Numbered from the stretch's first letter, positions 50,671 to 63,934 are shown. The stretch: 64,000 nt of DNA from Octopus sinensis (GCF_006345805.1 NC_043012.1:59148001-59212000); one strand, 5' to 3'. The notes: generated by a model not told the origin, from the sequence alone. Numbers and translations are program-made.

Positions 50671-50863
50671 GTTTATAGATTTCATAATATCATCTTCAAA
50701 ATGAAGTGATGTTGGCGTGTGTGCCTATTTTTTCTTTGTAGTTAGGTCTGATGGGATTTAAAATTTAATACATCGTGAATCGTATGATTGTAACTATTAC
50801 ATGTTTACAGTGCGTATATTTAAGGCTGTGCAGTGCTACGAGTATCACTTATGTATATTACTA

Positions 50864-51589
50864 TGTGGTCTGATCAATAAATATCCAGACTGTTGCCATA
50901 CTAACGAAGCTAAAGAATGCGAGGTGAAGCTGTTTGGCACAAATTGACCTTGAACTCTGGTGCGCACGCGCTCTAAGTTTTAACGTTCTAGCTTACTTTC
51001 GTTGTTTAGAGTAATGCTTCGAAGGAAGGTGTGTAGCGTATGATCGTCGCATTGACTTCGACAGAAAGTTGAGCAGAGAATCTGCATTGGATTTTGCCGA
51101 AAGCTTGGCGATACCTGCTCAGAGGCCTACGCAAAGTTTCCAAAAAGCTTTCATCCTTCTCGAGACAATCAAACAGATCTTGTACCACTGAAACCGAGTA
51201 TCTTTTTGGTTAGCTGAAAGCAGTTTTGGCACAAACATGGCAGACGCACGCGTCTGATGCCCAAATCTTCAGTGATAATGGACTGAACTAAACCGTAACT
51301 AAGCGGCACATCCTATGATACACTCCTCTCCATTCGCTTTCCGCAACTTTGCAAAGGCTTCTGAGCAGGTGTCGCCATGACATCTTTCTCTGTCGTCGTA
51401 AATGCGATGATTACACACTACATCCTTCATTCCAAGCACTGCTGTAAACAGCCGAAGTGATCTAGGGCGTTAAAACTCAGTGCACGTACAGAGCAGAGCT
51501 CAAGGTCTATCTTTGCAGAGCGGCTTTATTCCGCGTGCTTATCCTTTGTTACTATGGTGACAGTCCGGATACTTATTGATCAGACCTCG
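50864..51589. mobile_element. Non-autonomous mariner derivative built from two inverted 5' ends
   Basis: TIRs TGTGGTCTGATCAATAAATATCC../..GGATACTTATTGATCAGACCTCG with TA on both flanks; transposase N-terminal relics on both strands (EQRICIGFCRKLGDTCSEAYAK; ITEDLGIRRV..FVPKLLSANQK..QDLFDCLEKDESFL). Confidence 0.8.
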
Positions 51590-52029
51590 TATACTAAGAA
51601 TAATTTTCTTCAACAAAACATTATCACGTGGAGAATTCTTCCTAGATATATTGCCTTATTTATTTTTCTATCTAGTTTTATTTTGTGATTTGATATAGCG
51701 CATTATAACTGCTCCCCGCTCTATGCTATGACGGCGATGGAGTGTCGTATTTTATGACTAATATAACCGTTGAAGTCGTGATATTAATAACTTTCGAATT
51801 TGCAATACAATTTCTGAAACGACTTGGTCAATGGTAGCTTGTTTCCGCGTTATCATGTTTCATAATTATTATTGCTGAAAAGGATTTCAATGTTAGTGGG
51901 GCTTAATATAAAGTCACCCTCGGCGGAATTTCAACTCAGAACGTAAAAGACAGACGACATGCCGCCAAGAATTTTCCCCTAGATGCTACCGATTCTGTCA
52001 GAACGACGCCTTGGTGGGGCTATAACATT

Positions 52030-52650
52030 GTTTTCAAAGTTAGGGGTAAAGTCAATTACAACAACCCCAGGGCTGAACTGGTACATATTTTATCGACCTT
52101 GAAAGGATGAAAGGAAAAGTCAACCTCAGCGGAATTTGGAATCAGAACGTAAAGACGGACGAAATGCGGGTAAACACTTTCTCCGGCGTGCTAACGATTC
52201 TTATTTCTTTACTGCCCACAGGAGGTGCTAAACATAGAGGAGACAAACAAGGACAGACAAAGGGTTTCAATCGATTACATCGACCCCAGTGCGTAACTGA
52301 TATTTAATCGACCCCGAAAGGATGAAAGGCAAAGTCGTCCTCGGCGTAGTTTGAACTCAGAATGTAACGCTAAACGAAATACCGCTAAGCATTCCGCCCG
52401 GTGTGCTAACGTTTCTTATTTCTTTATTAGCCACAAGGGGCTAAACATAGAGGGAACAAACAAGGACAGACAAACGGATTAAGTCGATTACATCGACCCC
52501 AGTGCGTAACGGGTACTTATTTAATCGACCCCGAAAGGATGAAAGGCAAAGTCGACCTCGGCGGAATTTGAACTCAGAACGTAGCGACAGACGAAATACT
52601 ACTGAGCATTTCGCCCGGCGTGCTAACGTTTCTGCCAGCTCGCCGCCTTA
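52030..52650 (-). mobile_element. Head-to-tail trimer of Meta-type SINE units (tail A, tail A, tail B-like)
   Basis: Three GAAAGGATGAAAGG cores near 52100, 52315 and 52533; tail A (..TAGCCCCTTGTGG..AATAAAGAAATAAGAAACGTTAG on the - strand) occurs twice. Confidence 0.85.
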
Positions 52651-52671
52651 GTGTTATTTTAATATCAATTT

Positions 52672-52812
52672 TATTTCGTCTGTCTTTACGTTCTGAGTTC
52701 GAATTCCTTTCGGTGTCGATAAATTAAGTGCCAGTTGAGTAATGGGGATCAATCTAATCGACAGGCCTCCCTCCCCAAAAGTTTCGGACCTTGTGCCTAG
52801 AGTAGAACAGAA
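52672..52812 (+). mobile_element. Meta-type SINE fragment (tail B), head-to-head with the trimer
   Basis: ATTTCGTCTGTCTTTACGTTCTGAGTTCG..CCTTGTGCCTAGAGTAGAA. Confidence 0.75.
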
Positions 52813-53388
52813 TATAAATGGTGTAATACCTGTTAAGCTCAGCTTTACGAAGCATTTTAATGACATCACCATCTATTCTGTAGTTAGTATACATTTGACA
52901 TATATCATACATTTTATATATGGTAGATGTACTTTTGTTGTCTGACGTATTTGTTACGTTGTATTATAGCTCGACCTATTATTGTCAGATTATCCGTTCA
53001 GGATTAGTGTTTCGTTTATTCTATAGCTTTCTTTATCTAGAGCTTCGTTTGTGGAAGTGAATCTAAGTATTCTTATAAGTAGAGATTTTACCACTGATAT
53101 TTTCTGTCTCTATGGACATTTGCAGTCTATACGTACGAATATGTATTTATCTAATTATTTAGTACACATGAACGCAATGTATCTATTATTTTCTGTCGGA
53201 ATGGTTGAATCAAGAAATAGAAGCAATATACTACCAGGCGTTTGATCTTCATCATAGCATTACGAGTTAAGATTATGTGTGCAGTTCACGCTGACGAATT
53301 TCAGTTCATTCTTCAGATATGTGAAACTTACGACACAGCCTTGTTTGATGTCATATGTCACTTAAAATCGACAGATGTCACTCTGTCA

Positions 53389-53780
53389 TCAAGTAAGGGG
53401 ATTGTCGTGATTTCCTGAATGATCATAGTGACACAGGCAAATTTTCTTATCTTCATAATCTTCTAAAAGCCATCCCTGTTGACCGCCATTAAAGCGCTTT
53501 TTCCGGTCGACAAAAGAAGTGCAGAGACCACAGTCCTTCTCTTGACTTTTCCTTTGGATTTGGTGTCCTGCTGATATCATATCCATAGTTTCAGTGTTAA
53601 GCGTGGAAGCAACATTAATCTTCTGGGAGCGGGTTTGTTCGTTTTCCAGAAGACTATTTGGCACTAAACGCGTTGCGATCTTAACACGTAATACATTTCT
53701 ATGTGATTGTCGCATGACTACAAATAAATTCAAACTGTTTTACCATCAGCACACATATTCCTTCTGGAACTTGAAATTTC
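53389..53780 (-). pseudogene. Possible highly degenerate mariner transposase fragment
   Basis: KIATRLVPNSLLENEQ resembles the mariner K-x-x-x-RWVP-x-x-L motif, and CHYD lies downstream; no catalytic D(D/E) context could be confirmed. Confidence 0.3.
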
Positions 53781-53971
53781 AATCTCTTCCGACATTTGAC
53801 AATATAAAACAATAGCGCATATGACAGAAAATGCAATTTGCAAATAGTTGAATATTTGGTCGAATATATATACATGTGTGTGTGTGTGAATGTGTTTAAG
53901 AATATATTAGTATGTATATATATTTATATAAATATTTATAGATGCATATAAATATCTACATATTTCATACG

Positions 53972-54002
<31 letters not shown>

Positions 54003-54004
54003 TT

Positions 54005-54200
54005 ATAGGGAGAGTTTACGAAAAAAACAAAAGACGAAGACAGGTGGTGTACAAAACAAACATATGTATTAGAATCACGCTCAGGAATAGAAAAAGTCTT
54101 TTAGGCTTCGAGCCTTCGCTCTTCTACAGAAAGGGACACAGGAAAAACAAGGAGAGAAACAAGTAGAGAAAAAAAATGTTTGTAGTGGCTAACGATCTAT
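54005..54200 (-). repeat. Dispersed repeat with hammerhead-like motif
   Basis: Reverse complement reads CTTT-CTGTAGA-A-GAGCGAAGGCTC-GAAGC-CTAAA; homologous to 40405-40620. Confidence 0.6.
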
Positions 54201-54488
54201 TATGGCGATAGAGAGTTAGAGTTTGTGAATCCAACCAAATAAGGGATAATATCTATCCAATATACTGCTGGTAGAATACCCAATAATTAATACGCAAGTG
54301 TTTTTTCATTGCGTGGCAATTACATTACCGAGTTTAATAAATGAGGGAAGACAGTGTAAATAACGGACAGAGTCAAGACAATTGAAAGGGTTGCAAGACG
54401 CAACGAAAATTTTAGGAAAATAAAAATAAGAAAAAAGTGTCTTACATTATAAGGCACAAAAAGAAAATAACTGTCCTCAGACACACCA

Positions 54489-54519
<31 letters not shown>

Positions 54520-55269
54520 TATATAATATATATATATACATCTTTATATAACATATAGACATATATGTATATTCGACTTTCTGAAGTCTGCGTGCACTTT
54601 TGTTCACTACGGTAAATCTAGATTTTTTTTTTTCATTTCTGTAGAAAATCTTTATCGAATGGAATATGTGAGCCATAAAAGTTGATATGCAAATTATGGT
54701 CACAAACGAAGACCGAGCGCGCCAAAAGACTGCCATAATATTGATTTGGATTACATGACCTCTCCAACAGAATTTCAATTCATCAAAATTAATCGGCTTA
54801 AAATATTTCACAGCTCTTTTGCTAAAATTACAGGGGTCATGTCAAATCTTGCGAATTTAATTCGATTTGATCTTCTTTTTTAAACATCAAGGAACTTGGC
54901 GACAAAAAAATAAATAAATATAGAAATAAAAATTGAAGTATAGAAATAAAAAAAAACAGTTAACACGAAAAACATTCACATACACACACACAACCAAAAG
55001 GAAAAGATTATCGTATGATTAACGAAACTATTTTTGGCTATTTTATATTTATTTGTTTTAGTATTTTTTTAAATTTTCTTTTTTTTTTACAGAGGCAGGG
55101 AACATCCGGTTGAAATAGTAATAATGTTTTATAAATATTCAAAACATCCGCGGGTTTAAATTTTAGAACCAGATGAAAGATGTACATACTCCCATGCGCA
55201 CAAATGCACACACAAATAAAGACACACCTATGTGAGTATATAAGCACAAACACACACACACATGTTCAC

Positions 55270-55303
<34 letters not shown>

Positions 55304-55406
55304 CCATATACATATATATAATATCTAAAATGCATGAGAATATATATATAGATACATATCACCACATATATTCATATATAGTTATACATTTCATGTATAA
55401 TATATG

Positions 55407-55455
<49 letters not shown>

Positions 55456-55544
55456 AATATATATATATATATATATTATAATATATATATATGATATAAT
55501 GTATACATATATATAATATTATCTATATCTATATTTATATATAT

Positions 55545-55583
<39 letters not shown>

Positions 55584-55604
55584 CTATATAATACATATAT
55601 ATTT

Positions 55605-57628
55605 TTTTCTTTAGTTTCAGCTCAGAGCTGTAGCCATGCTGATGCACACCGCTGTTTTGCTACACTGATATTACTGAGAGCCTTCTCTAATATGTGGCAC
55701 TTGATGAAGCATGGAGTTTAATATAGCTACCCTCATGTGCACCTCTTGCCATGAGGCTTTGTTTGTTTGTTTTTCCTTCTCGAGCCACGCCCGGCTCATA
55801 AGGGCCGGTTTCCTTTGCGTATATGTTCCCCACCTAGATGAGACGCCGGTCCGTCGCAGGTGAGCTGCAAGATGCAGGAGGAAAGAGTGAGAGAAAGTTG
55901 TGGCGAAAGAGTCAGCAGAAGTTCGCCATTACCTTCTGCCAGAGCTGCGTGGAGCTTAGGTGTTTCGCTCATAAACACACACATCGCCCGGTCTGAGATT
56001 CGAACCCGTGATCCCTCGACCGCGAGTCCGCTGCTCTAACCACCAGGCCATGTGCCTCTACTTGCCGTGAGGTAGGTTCATCTGGGACTCTCGACAGGAA
56101 GAGGCCCAGCTTTGATTTTAAAATCCATATATATACTTTGTGCAAGTTCCTCAGGCTCTTTGGGAGAATATTAAAAGGCTGTGGGCCCTTGAAACCCAGG
56201 CTGTTGCAGTAACTGGTCCTTAAGCGTGATGGCATTGCTGGGACCTTTGGCACTATGCTGTGTCGTCCCCTTCTGGAATTGGTGTAGCTTTCAATGCCAA
56301 AATTTGGTACAATTCCTTCCAGGATCTTCCAGATGTATATTACTGCATACCTCTCCCGTCTTCTCTCCAGGGAGTAGAGTCTTAGCTGTTTCAACCTTTC
56401 CCAGTAGCTGAGCTGTTGCAAAGAGACGATCTTCTTTGTGAATCTTCTCTGGATTGCTTCAACGTCCGCTGTTAATTTCACACTGGTGGGTGACCATAGC
56501 TGTGAGCAGTAATCCAGGCGGCTGAGGACGAATGTCCGCCAGTGGACCATCATGGTTTCCTTATCTCTGGTTCTGAATGTTCTTAGCTTCCAGTCGTCTG
56601 CACTTTGTCGCCATCCTGGTAATGTGCACTTGGAAAGAAGTATCATCACTCATGTCGATACCCAGGTCCCTCACTGACTAAGGCTCTGAGATTGAAATTC
56701 TCTGTGGACCGGTGTACCCTGCGGCCACTCGGCAGGATTTTCAGTCGAAGAAATCGATCACAAGTATGTACGTACGTACGTATGTATGTATGTATAGCGC
56801 ATACATAATATATAATATATATAATAATATATATATATATATATATATATGTCCTTTCCTTCTTGAAGCTGTCTCGACCGGAATGCAACGCACAATGTTG
56901 TGGCAGTAATCTTTGAATACGACAACTGTAGTAGATCTTCAATTCCATGTTCTGTATCTCTGCTACTAAAATTTTTGTAGTTGAGTATTCTTAGCCCGCC
57001 ATCATATTCAGTTCTGGATGCTGGTAGCGCAGGGCCTGGAATTTTTCAGCATTAAACTGCATATTATTACCCTCAGCCCATCTGTAAATTGAGTTCAACT
57101 CCTGCTACAGGTTTGCAACATCACTGGGGTTCTGTATTTTCTACGAGACTTTCGTGTCATCTGCATAGCTTGCAAGGCTGACTATCCAGGCATTAGAGGC
57201 TATATCTGAGAGGGCCACTATAAAAAGCAGTGGTCCCAAGACAGTGCCCTGTGGAACACCGCTCACTATTTGTGTGTTCATAGAGGTTGCTCCACAAGCC
57301 ACTACAGCCTGACTCCTATCTTTCAGGAAGTCATGTAACCACTCTCCAAGTTTTCCAGCTATGCCAAGTCCACGCAGTTTGTGGCATATCATACCGTGAT
57401 CCACCTTGTCAGAAGCTTTGCAAAATCAAGGTAGATTACGTCCACATTTGATTTGTTGAGTAACTGCCTCAACACCCAGTCATAACGTTGTAAGAGCTAG
57501 GTCAGGCAGCTCCTACCTGGTCGAAAACCACGCTGGGTATCACTCAGCAAGATATTTTCTTCAAGGAATGCGATTAGTTTCCCTCTGACTATCCGTTCCA
57601 TGACTTTGCTGAAGTGTGAAGACTGAGA
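55605..57628 (-). mobile_element. 5'-truncated CR1/L2-group LINE (RT domain to 3' tail), pseudogenised, with two nested insertions
   Basis: FSKVMERIV..GFRPGRSCLT, YLDFAKA, SGVPQGTVLGPLLF, YADDTK, SVRDLGI, SRLDYCSQLWSP, LYSLERRRERY, VPDEP; 3' UTR at 55605-55756. Confidence 0.92.
55757..56060 (-). mobile_element. Full-length OR1/OR2-like SINE with 12 bp TSD, inserted into the LINE
   Basis: Flanked by CTTGCCATGAGG (55745-55756) and CTTGCCGTGAGG (56061-56072); tRNA-like head GAGGCACATGGCCTGGTGGTTAGAGCAGCGGAC and (AAAC)n tail. Confidence 0.92.
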
Positions 57629-58157
57629 CATAAACACATGATATATACATATATATATACATACACGTTTATATATATATATATGTGTGTGTGTATGTGT
57701 GTGCATACATACATATCTTATAAACACAGTATATATTATAAAATATACAGTAGAGATATTGACATACGCATGCGCACACTCACACACAGAGATACTGATA
57801 TAGACTTGTATATGTTTATATCAATTAGATCTCAAATTACGTGTTGAAGGGAAGAGAAGTTCTAAAGACGGATATTTATGGACGCGTTGCATATAATTCT
57901 ATTGTTGCTGCTCATGGTAGAGTACGGGCTCTGGGAACTGCTATATAACTGAGAAAAAGAACTATCATATTGGATCGATACGAATCTTGATGGCGGGCTA
58001 AGAATACTCAACTACAAATATTTTAGTAGCAGAGGTACAGAACATGGAACTGAAGTTCAACTAAAGGTTGTCGGATTCAAAGATTTACTGCACAACATGT
58101 GCATTGCATTTCGGTCGGAGACAGCTTCAAGAAGAAAGGGACATATATATATATATA

Positions 58158-58202
<45 letters not shown>

Positions 58203-58610
58203 TATACATACATGCATACATATACGTACGTACATACTTGTGATCGATTTCTTCGACTGAAAATCCTGCCGCGTGGCTGCAATCCAATGACTGCAACAAT
58301 TTAAAGATAAAAGAGAAAATATATTTTACACAAACACTTACCACAGCCACGCCTGATATTTGGAACTGAATATATATATATATATATATATAATTATTAA
58401 TATATAAATTACCTACAATATTTTATTGCATGCTGACTACCTTGTATAGTCATTAACGTGATTTTATCTTTCATTTCTATGTTATATATATGTATATATA
58501 TATTAAATTCAAATTAGTTAAAGAAGTGATTTTAAATTCTCAAACGCAGGATAATGCTAATAATATAGCCTGAACAGGATAAGCTACTCCTATTTTGCGA
58601 AAAATATGTT

Positions 58611-58689
58611 GGCGGCCAGCTATGAGACTCGAACTCACACCTCCGTGATTACGCGTCGCGGTTCTCTGAACCAATTAAGCTAACCCGCC
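58611..58689 (-). pseudogene. Degenerate tRNA-like sequence (CGT in the anticodon position, Thr-like); pseudogene or SINE head
   Basis: GGCGGGT-TA-GCTTAATTGGTTCAGAGA-A-CCGCGA-CGCGTAA-TCACGG-AGGT-GTGAG-TTCGAGT-CTCAT-AGCTGGC; T arm pairs, acceptor and D stems have mismatches. Confidence 0.5.
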
Positions 58690-59091
58690 CACACCACAAA
58701 TTTAAGATATATAGCATAATACCCGGCCGCCAACACTTTTTTCTGCAAAATGGGGGTAGCTTATCCTGTTAAGGCTATATTATTAGCATTACCCTGCGTT
58801 TGAGAATTTAAAATCACTTCTTTAACATTCTTTAACTCAACGTTTCTAAAGCAAACTTAGTTTGTTTGTTTACGTTCATCGTAATTTGAATTTAACGCAT
58901 GATAGCGTCTCATAAAGCGAGATTTCTATATATCTTAAATTTGTGGAAGAATTTGTTGAGTCTAATAACCGGCCGCCAACACTTTTCCGCAAAATATGAG
59001 TAGCTTATCCGGTTCAGGCTATATATATATATATATATACGTGTGTGTGTGGTGTGTGTGTGTGGTATGTATGTATTATGTATGTAGTATA

Positions 59092-59143
<52 letters not shown>

Positions 59144-59172
59144 TATATTATATTATATTCATATTATATTAT

Positions 59173-59211
<39 letters not shown>

Positions 59212-59509
59212 TAGACTCACATGCATATATATACAAATATGCATATGGAAATAGAAATATATATATATCTATATATAGAGAGAGGGAGAAATAGAAACTT
59301 ATATATATATATATATATATGGATATAGTATTCTCTTGCTTTTATTTCGTGAATGTGTAGCAACGTTTATTCATCCCCCATTTGCCTGTTGACGGACGGC
59401 ATGTGACGATAATGTTATTTTGAAATAAATAAATCCTTCTATTAGAGACTTTGAATTGTTTCCTCCCCTTTCTTTGCACAGACGCGCGCGCTAACACACG
59501 CACACACAC

Positions 59510-59559
<50 letters not shown>

Positions 59560-60678
59560 TTGGGTGGGTGTGTAAGTATGCATGTGCATGTGTGTGAGGT
59601 ATTATTTATGTAAAATGCCTAGCACAAAATCTGACAATTAGTCTAAATGTTGAAGGCGTGAGGGGGAACTTCGTTCATAAACATGTCGAAACTTTGATCT
59701 CTTTATTCCCCTGTAATTCATTGAATGCGTTGCGGTTTTGTTTGTTGCTTCAGTTTTGTTTTTGCTTTTTTAATTAATTCTCTATTTTTATTTTCGTTTT
59801 TAAAAGTTCGTGATACGCACCTTTGTTATTCTAAATGCATTTGAATAATCATGAAATTCATTTAAATATTAGGTGATTATTGATCGAAATGTTTAAAGAC
59901 CATATCTTACTGTTAATTTGAAATCACTACAAATTATTGTGCAGCTGCTCATTTTCAGGACGTTTCCAACTAACACACCGTTTGATCTCTAGAAATAAAA
60001 CAGGAGAAAGATTTATGTGTATCTTGCTGCAGTTAGTAACTATGACCTTTTACCGTTACTTCCCCTTCTTCTCGTTCTCTTAGAGGCTATATATTACCAA
60101 CATGTTGAATATTTATGGATACTTTTGTTGCTTTTAGCACCAACGAGGAAATCCAGTAAACGGTCGTTTATACTAGTTGTTGTCACAACAGTAATAATCT
60201 CTAACCCTTTTATTATCTGAACTTTAGCGCCTTAGTCAGACATCTTATAGAGGAATCAAGGCGTTTAATGCTGAGAATATAACCAATACCATCGAAATGA
60301 AACTGTATTAGCAAAAGCTATTTCATTAAAACTCTTGGCCATAAACATCTCCCAAATCAGATATGTAGCCGTCTCTCATTCTAAGCGCTGCATCATCCTC
60401 ATTTTCAAATGAAGCCGAAAGTTTGCTACAGGCGGCAAGTTCTGTGAGTTAGTTTCCACTTAAATCCCTTAAGGGCATTTCATTTTCTTTAACTTATATA
60501 TACGTTTTAGAAATGCATGAACCTCACAACTCTACCTATTTAGACCTCAATAAAAACCCTATGCATATCTTATATTTTATATTTTTAATTTCACGTATGT
60601 GCATTGTTTGTTTTTGATATTGTCGACTACTCATTACAGTAGGATTAGTTGCACACCGTCTGTGAGAAAGACAGTACC

Positions 60679-61292
60679 ATGACGCAATTCACTGAGCCAA
60701 AAATTTGGAAACGGCATACTGTACTGCTTAGAATTCGCTCCAGTACGAAGATTTCAGAGTGTTTGGGTGTCAATCTGAGGAAAGTGCAATTTGAGGACAT
60801 GTACCGAGAGTGATAAAAATCAAACATCCAGTCAACATCATGGTGTTTGGCGTGATCACTATTGATGATGTTATGCATCCATTCATCTTCCCACGTGGCC
60901 TCAGACTCAGCACAGAGACCTACATCAAGTGCCTAGAGAAGGCAGTGCTGCCCTGGGTCAAGAGGGTGGCTAGTTGAAGATTCTATATCTGGCACCAAGA
61001 CTCTGCATCAAGTGACACAAGCAGGAGAACGCTACCATAGCTGTAAGAAATTTCTGCGATCACATCACCCCTAACATCTGGCCACCTAACTCCCCAGACT
61101 GCAACCCTTTTGATAACTACGTGTGGAGCGCAGTTGAGCGAGAGACTAACAAAACTCCTTGTAACACCAAAGATGAACTGAAGTCAAGGATTAGGGCAGC
61201 ATTCACCAACTAAAACAAGGACACTGTCCAAAAGAGCTGCATGAGAATCTGGAGAGGCCGTGGTTAAAGCCAATGGCGATTTTATTGAATAA
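60679..61292 (+). pseudogene. Internally deleted Tc1/mariner transposase (maT/DD37D-like)
   Basis: KHPVNIMVFGVIT, YIKCLEKAVLPWVKRV, IWHQDSA, IWPPNSPDCNPFDNYVWSAVE, KDELKSRI, VVKANGDFIE*; stops and frameshifts present. Confidence 0.88.
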
Positions 61293-62307
61293 ACTCGAAT
61301 TGCTAAATATACCATGCGTTGCCAAAATTTAAGAAATTTCAGTTGTAAATGAATTTTGGGTTTATAGAAAAAACTACTAGGATAGAATTATAAAGGTAAA
61401 CAGGAAAGTGACATAGTGGAGATTTCCATAAAACCACAGTGGAGAACGAATGACTTATGAAGGAATTATTATAACTACGATCAACCTTTCGGAGTAAGCT
61501 ACTCACTGCAATTTAAATGAATGCAGAGAGTAGAGTTTAATAATTTTTGGTGAGTTCCGTTGCTACTGGTAGCGGCATCGTGGTAGCGGCATCGTAAGTC
61601 TAGAACTTAACTGCAGAATCTACACGAGGAAATTATAGAAATAAAGAAATCAAATTTACAATTGTATTTAGAGATATAATATGACGTGGTAGCCTTCATG
61701 TTGCGAAGGGGACAAAGTTTAATGCGGTTTCCAAACTCAGAAGAGTCATTAGCACCTATAGTAGTGTCGAATAGCTTTCTGGAATGCTTCTTAATCCTGG
61801 AGAAAATTTGCAGGGCTTAGAGAAAGTTTAACAAGCGAAGAAGACTAGTCGATGTCTTGATCTCAGATAGCTGCAAAGTGTTGCGCTCATTTTTGTGTTT
61901 CCTATGATTATTAGCGAAAACTTCCAAGGAGATATATTTCGTGCATATGCAGCAGTAATATGTTTGTCTTAGACATGCAATAAGACTCCTCGAAACAGGC
62001 GTTGGGAATCGGGGAGAAAATTCAATGGATGATATATTCTAGATGGATTTATTCGAAAATTAGTTAAGTGCATTTACGCACACACGTGTGTGAGTGTGTG
62101 CGTGCGCATTTGCGTGCGTGTGTATGTGTGTGTGTGTGCGTGTGTATATGCCTATGTATAAGAAAACATATTTGTTTATATGTATGCAAGTGTAAATGCA
62201 TATTTACGCATACATATAGAAACATGTATCCATATCTACATCTCTCTGTTTTTTTCTTTCTCTCTCCCTATATACATATATATACATATATATATGTATA
62301 TGTAGAA

Positions 62308-62356
<49 letters not shown>

Positions 62357-62959
62357 AGTGTATGCATAAAGAGAGTGAGAGAGGCACACTGCCTACAATT
62401 TTTGATATCTCGTAAATTGATGAATTGATATGTTCAAATATGCGATTAAGTGTGTGTGTATATATATATATGTGTTCATATATACGTGTACGCACACGTG
62501 TTTGCAGACGTGCGTATTAAGGTGTAGGTATTTACACATGCGGATATGCATGTTTGTATAAATCTTTATAAATATATGCAAGTTTGTGTGTGTGAGTATG
62601 TGTGTGCGTGTGTGTGTGTATGTGTGTGTATGTGTGCTTGTGTGTTTGTGTGTGTGTGCATTTGAGAGAGAATTACCGAAAACATGTAAGCAAAAAAATT
62701 ATTAAATTGTATAAACCACGTTGTATATCATATTTAAATAACAAATATTGTAAGTGACTTTTCGAATTCTACCTCTTTTTGAGGATCACTTTTTTTTCCT
62801 TCTTACCTACAATTCTAAATGCCTTTTTTATGTGACCCCAGCTTCACATAAACCATGGAGATACTGGAGAGGAGTTTATGCCGAGTTATATCCCAAATCA
62901 TATAAACAAAGAGTTATTTTAATGTGAGATGATTTTAACAAAAATTCTTTCACCGTCTT

Positions 62960-63065
62960 CTACATATTATTATTATTATTATTATTGTTGTTGTTGTTGT
63001 TGTTATTGCTTATTAAATAGCAGAAAGAAAACTAATCTCTTGAGAAATTCGGAGTAATAATAATA

Positions 63066-63128
<63 letters not shown>

Positions 63129-63129
63129 G

Positions 63130-63160
<31 letters not shown>

Positions 63161-63178
63161 AATAACAACAACAACAGC

Positions 63179-63232
<54 letters not shown>

Positions 63233-63315
63233 AATGTCAAGAATGGTAATAATAAAAAATTGTAATAACAACAGCAATAATAATATTTATAATAACAGTA
63301 ATAACAATATCAATA
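62960..63315. repeat. (TAT)/(TGT)n then long (AAT)n microsatellite
   Basis: Direct reading; source of the poly-L and poly-I ORFs. Confidence 0.95.
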
Positions 63316-63599
63316 CAACACAACAAGAAAATCAACAATAATAAAAATGGAGACAAAATGAACTAAAACAGGAAGAGAAATTTCTAGAAATTCCTTCGTG
63401 TCCAAGGAAATTTCTGTTTTAATCCTGGCTACGTTGACTTACTTCAGTAGTCTTTTCACATCAGTTTCAGGAATGTTATTTCCGTATTAGCTTTCCATCG
63501 ATAGTTTCGTAGATCAGGAATGCAGAATATTATCAAAATAAAAAATCACTTTTTTTTTTCTCAATCCCCAATCTCCTAACTCTATCTGAGCCCCTTATT

Positions 63600-63934
63600 T
63601 TCTTTTTAGTGTGTTTCTATGTATGTTTTTTTATTGCTCTCTCTCTCTCCCTCTTTTACTATTTTCCTCTCTTTCTTTCTTTCTCTCTCCCTCTCTTTCC
63701 CTCTCTCATGAGTATAATTTTTCCTTCTTTTGTTTCTCTTCTCTCATTTACCGTTTTTACTTTTTTTTATTGCCTTTTTTGTATATTTCTTTCTTCCTCA
63801 CCTCTAATTCTTTCCATATTTTACTCGTAAGTTCTCGCACATACGCTGACTCTTCTCTCTCTCTCACCTTTCCCCTTACTTTTTCTCTTTCACTGTCTCT
63901 TTCTCTTTCTTTCTCTCTGGTTCTATCAGTCTAC

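Noticed and set aside
59950-60460. Exon-like or hAT-like frames (ELAACSKLSASFENEDDAALRMRDGY..)
   Set aside because: Splice signals conflict between strands and there is no diagnostic motif.
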